Part shown: piece by piece, positions 36,101 through 39,028 of the stretch
How the letters are laid out: each line of letters starts with the position of its first letter
Numbering within the stretch: position 1 is the first letter of the stretch
Origin: Intoshia linei
Lineage: Eukaryota > Animalia > Orthonectida
NCBI GenBank assembly: GCA_001642005.1
Contig: LWCA01000218.1
Location: 1 to 39,028 of the forward strand
Direction of reading: 5' to 3'
DNA length: 39,028 bases
Notes under the pieces: model-generated
Database searches by the model: none
What the model saw: the letters and a program-made list of their open reading frames with translations, nothing else
What the model was told of the DNA's origin: nothing
Position numbers and translations under genes: made by a program

Positions 36101-38039
36101 AGTAAGAAATATGTGGTAAATTTTAAATTTTCCCATTTCAAAATTTCATACTCTTTAAATGTCAATAAATTTAGAAAAAATTAAAAATTATCAATATTTC
36201 AAAGAATTCAATACGTATTACAGTTAAAGGTCCAAAATCTGATGAATTTAAAATATATACGGGTATCATTTAAAAAAATGAAAATTTTATAATGATAGGC
36301 GACTGTCACAAAGAAAGTAGCTTATTGGCACCTGGAATGCATTGTATTCAAGAAATTATATTTAATCCCAAATCTACAAATGATTATACAGATACACTTG
36401 AAATAGCTACAGAAAATCAATCTAAAATTATAGTAAATTTAATTGCTGAACACGAAAAACCAATTTTAAATTGTAATTAACGTGTACAATTATACATTAA
36501 AATAATAAATGTACTTTTCTAGTGGCTAAACAAATCAACATTGGACAATGTTTGATTGAATGTAAAAAAATTGTAACAATAAAAGTTAAAAATACTGGAG
36601 GTGTGTCGACTTTTTTCATTACAACATTGCAAAATTGGAGAAACAAGAGCAATAAGGTAAAATTTCATTATACATATTGTGTTTAGACATGCTAACTTAC
36701 TAAAAATTAAAATTTAAAGTATTTTTATTTTGTGATTATAAATTGCGCCAATATTTTATGACCAGGTAATATTATCTTGTTACCATACAAATTATATAAT
36801 TTGTTTGCTAATATATATATAATGTAAATACAATTTGATTGGTTCAATTTTATTCCCATGAAAATTATATTTATTATCTGCTATTTATCTACGCGCCATT
36901 GTTTGATTTTATTTTTACAGGCTATTTATATATCATATATTCAAGTTTATCTACTTTTTTTTATTTTATTTTAGGAAATTATATTTGAAAGTCAATCTTT
37001 CAGCAATGAAATATTAATTTATCCACACATGTTTAAATTAAATAAAAACGAATCTGGTCATCTAAATATTCACTTTAATCCAAATTTGATTCAAAAATAC
37101 TCTGAAAAATTTGTCATTCTCTCAGATAATTGTTACTTGAATGAATTTGAAATTTACGGTAATTATATCTTACTAATATATTATATAGTTTAATTCAATA
37201 TATACGATGTATGTATAATATACATTGTATAAATGTTTGTTCTTCTGTTTACTCGTGTGTTTTGTCGGTTTATCATTATTCACATTTTATGAATTTTGTT
37301 TTCCCTATTCTCTAAAAATCTTATAAAGTCTAAATTTTTAGTTAATTTGACTCTTTATATTTCATTAATTGTAGGTGAAGGAGTATATTTTGATATTACA
37401 TTATGGGAAGATGTAGAAATGACGAAAGTACTTAATAAATCGACAATTGTGGATTCTTCAAATATTGGATTTCAAAAAATTAAATCAATTTTTATTAAAA
37501 ATAATAGGTAATATAAAAGTTGAACATTGAAGAAAATTTCTATTTTTATTTATATTTCCAGTTACATGTTTATATTTTTTGTTAATACTTTTTTACTTAT
37601 TAACTTATATTACTTGTTAAATTATCATAATTGTAGTGTGCATTAATATTTCAAATTTAGAGATATAAAAATACCACTATGTTGGTTTATTGGTTCAGAA
37701 ACTTTTAAATCTGATAAAAATAACAAAATATCTAGTAATTTTGTGTACGAGGATCAACTTGAAAAACATAATTGTCCTTTCGAAATAAATCCGTCATATG
37801 CCGTTCTAAATTCTCAAGAAATTGTAAAGTTTGATATTGTGTTCAATCCAAAAAATGTAATTGAGTTACATATGTAAATATATATTTATAATATCCATTT
37901 TTCATGGTGTCTTATTACATACAATTCATTTAGATTGGACATTTTGCGAATATAGCGAAACTATATTTCACTTCTAATCTAACATTTAACTTTGAACAAT
38001 TAAAAAAAAATAATCAGAATGAAAATATATTTGATAATG
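33130..38039 (+). CDS. DLEC1: DLEC1/CFAP81-like ciliary protein, 5' part; continues beyond the window
   Basis: Clear exons are 33130-33348, 33583-33691, 36049-36115, 36175-36262, 36299-36472, 36523-36656, 36975-37158, 37375-37507, 37661-37856 and 37934-38039. Exons between about 33960 and 35930 were only partly resolved. The motifs INISKNSIRITV, LLAPGMHC...FNP....YTDTL, IGQCLI..KNTGG and LSDNC match DLEC1 Ig-like/ASH repeats. Confidence 0.8.
35030..35152. mobile_element. Right-hand fragment of a GAGCCGAACCTA-family MITE
   Basis: It is colinear with 20130-20270 and ends in GTTCGGCTCTA. Confidence 0.65.
35289..35839. mobile_element. hAT-type MITE in a DLEC1 intron
   Basis: Termini CAGTGGTTCC / GGAACCACTG are flanked by a 7/8 target-site duplication AATTACAC/AATTAAAC. 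Internal TTGGTAAAA repeats are present. Confidence 0.8.
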
Positions 38040-38146
38040 GTAATGAATATTGGAGCCCTGAATAAACTGGCTTATCCAATTTTTAACCGCCTTAAATATT
38101 TTATTTCATAACGATATGTACAATAAATTGTACATTATGACAAGTA

Positions 38147-39028
38147 CAGTGCCGGAAAAAAGTCTTGAGCCCCCTACGTAATAATATATTATGATCAATA
38201 GCACAGAAACTAATCATTCGATTTCTAAATTTTTAAGAAGAACATAATATAGGTGAATATATTTTATATTAGGCTGAATTGTGTAATAGAATAACAATTA
38301 TCAATTGAATTTATTTTAATTTAAAAAATGATTGGAAATATTTTTTGACACAAAAGTTTTGAGCCCCCTTTAAATGTTATAATTATTTGAGTAATTTTTT
38401 AATTTACGTTGATTATAATTAATTACTAGACACTTTTTAAAAAAAATATATATTTAATATTTCGTATGATATACTTTTGACATTACAATCGCCTTGATTC
38501 ATCTTTCTATACTATTATAAAGTTTTGATACATAACAATTAGGTATTTTATTCCATTCCTCCAGCGTTACCGCCCATAATTCTTCGACATTTTTTGGTTG
38601 ACGAAGTTTGACATTCTCTTTCAATGTATGCCACATATTTTCAATGATATTAATATCAGGACTCTGTGGTGGGCAGTTTTCAAGTAATTTGCTAAGAAGA
38701 TAAGTATTCCATACTTTTTATAGATTTATGGCAAGGCGCGTTATCATGTTGAAAAAAAAATCTTCTGGGGTAAAAGCTAGACGTCATGTTAGATAAAATC
38801 CTAATTTACTCATTTTAATCAACATTACCATTACATCACACAAGAATGCGCCTACCATCGTATCGAATGGCACCTATACCATTATTGACGGTGAATATTT
38901 TGTAGTATTAGTTGTGTATTTTGAATCGAATCTTTTTCCTTTTGGCCTTCTATCATATGACTTGGTAGTAGACAATAATAGTTGTATTTTACTTTCATCC
39001 GTAAATAACACCTTATTCCAATCTAAAT
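38147..39028 (-). mobile_element. Tc1/mariner-superfamily transposon (same family as 1-625), decayed, in a DLEC1 intron
   Basis: The terminus is TA|CAGTGCCGGAAAAAAGTCTTGAGCCCCC, with an inner direct repeat CAAAAGTTTTGAGCCCCC at about 38351-38368. The minus strand reads WNKVLFTDESK...FQHDNAPCHK...PPQSPDINIIENMW...HTKY* (stop 38454-38456), with stops and frameshifts. Confidence 0.93.

Noticed and set aside
1-39028. Giant composite transposon bounded by two inverted Tc1 copies
   Set aside because: Both copies are decayed, diverged from each other and sit in introns of genes that continue past the window. Independent insertions, with the assembly breaking at repeats, are the simpler explanation.

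Overview
This is a very AT-rich, gene-dense animal genome fragment with spliceosomal GT-AG introns, not prokaryotic DNA. Introns fall into two size classes: tiny ones of about 34-62 nt and longer ones, many carrying MITEs or other transposon remnants. Reconstructed spliced genes, in order, are: the 3' part of an iRhom (RHBDF-type); a predicted N-myristoylated two-domain phosphagen kinase of the annelid CK/GK/LK lineage; MAP1/futsch; a minus-strand protein with SAXO/Mn-like motifs; RPS7; RPL35; dishevelled; a divergent Orai; and the 5' part of DLEC1/CFAP81. Both window ends lie in decayed copies of one IR-DR Tc1-like (DD35E) transposon family. The compact architecture and the annelid-type kinase suggest a reduced annelid-related genome such as an orthonectid, but that is inference. 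The most notable signals are: (1) the kinase's mixed substrate-specificity signature, acylation motif and upstream X-box; (2) its reciprocal intron pattern, which fits duplication by integration of a circular cDNA into its own gene; and (3) an Orai carrying natural substitutions at gating and selectivity positions, including the equivalent of human P245L. All gene models were made by hand, and family comparisons are from recalled sequences rather than database searches.
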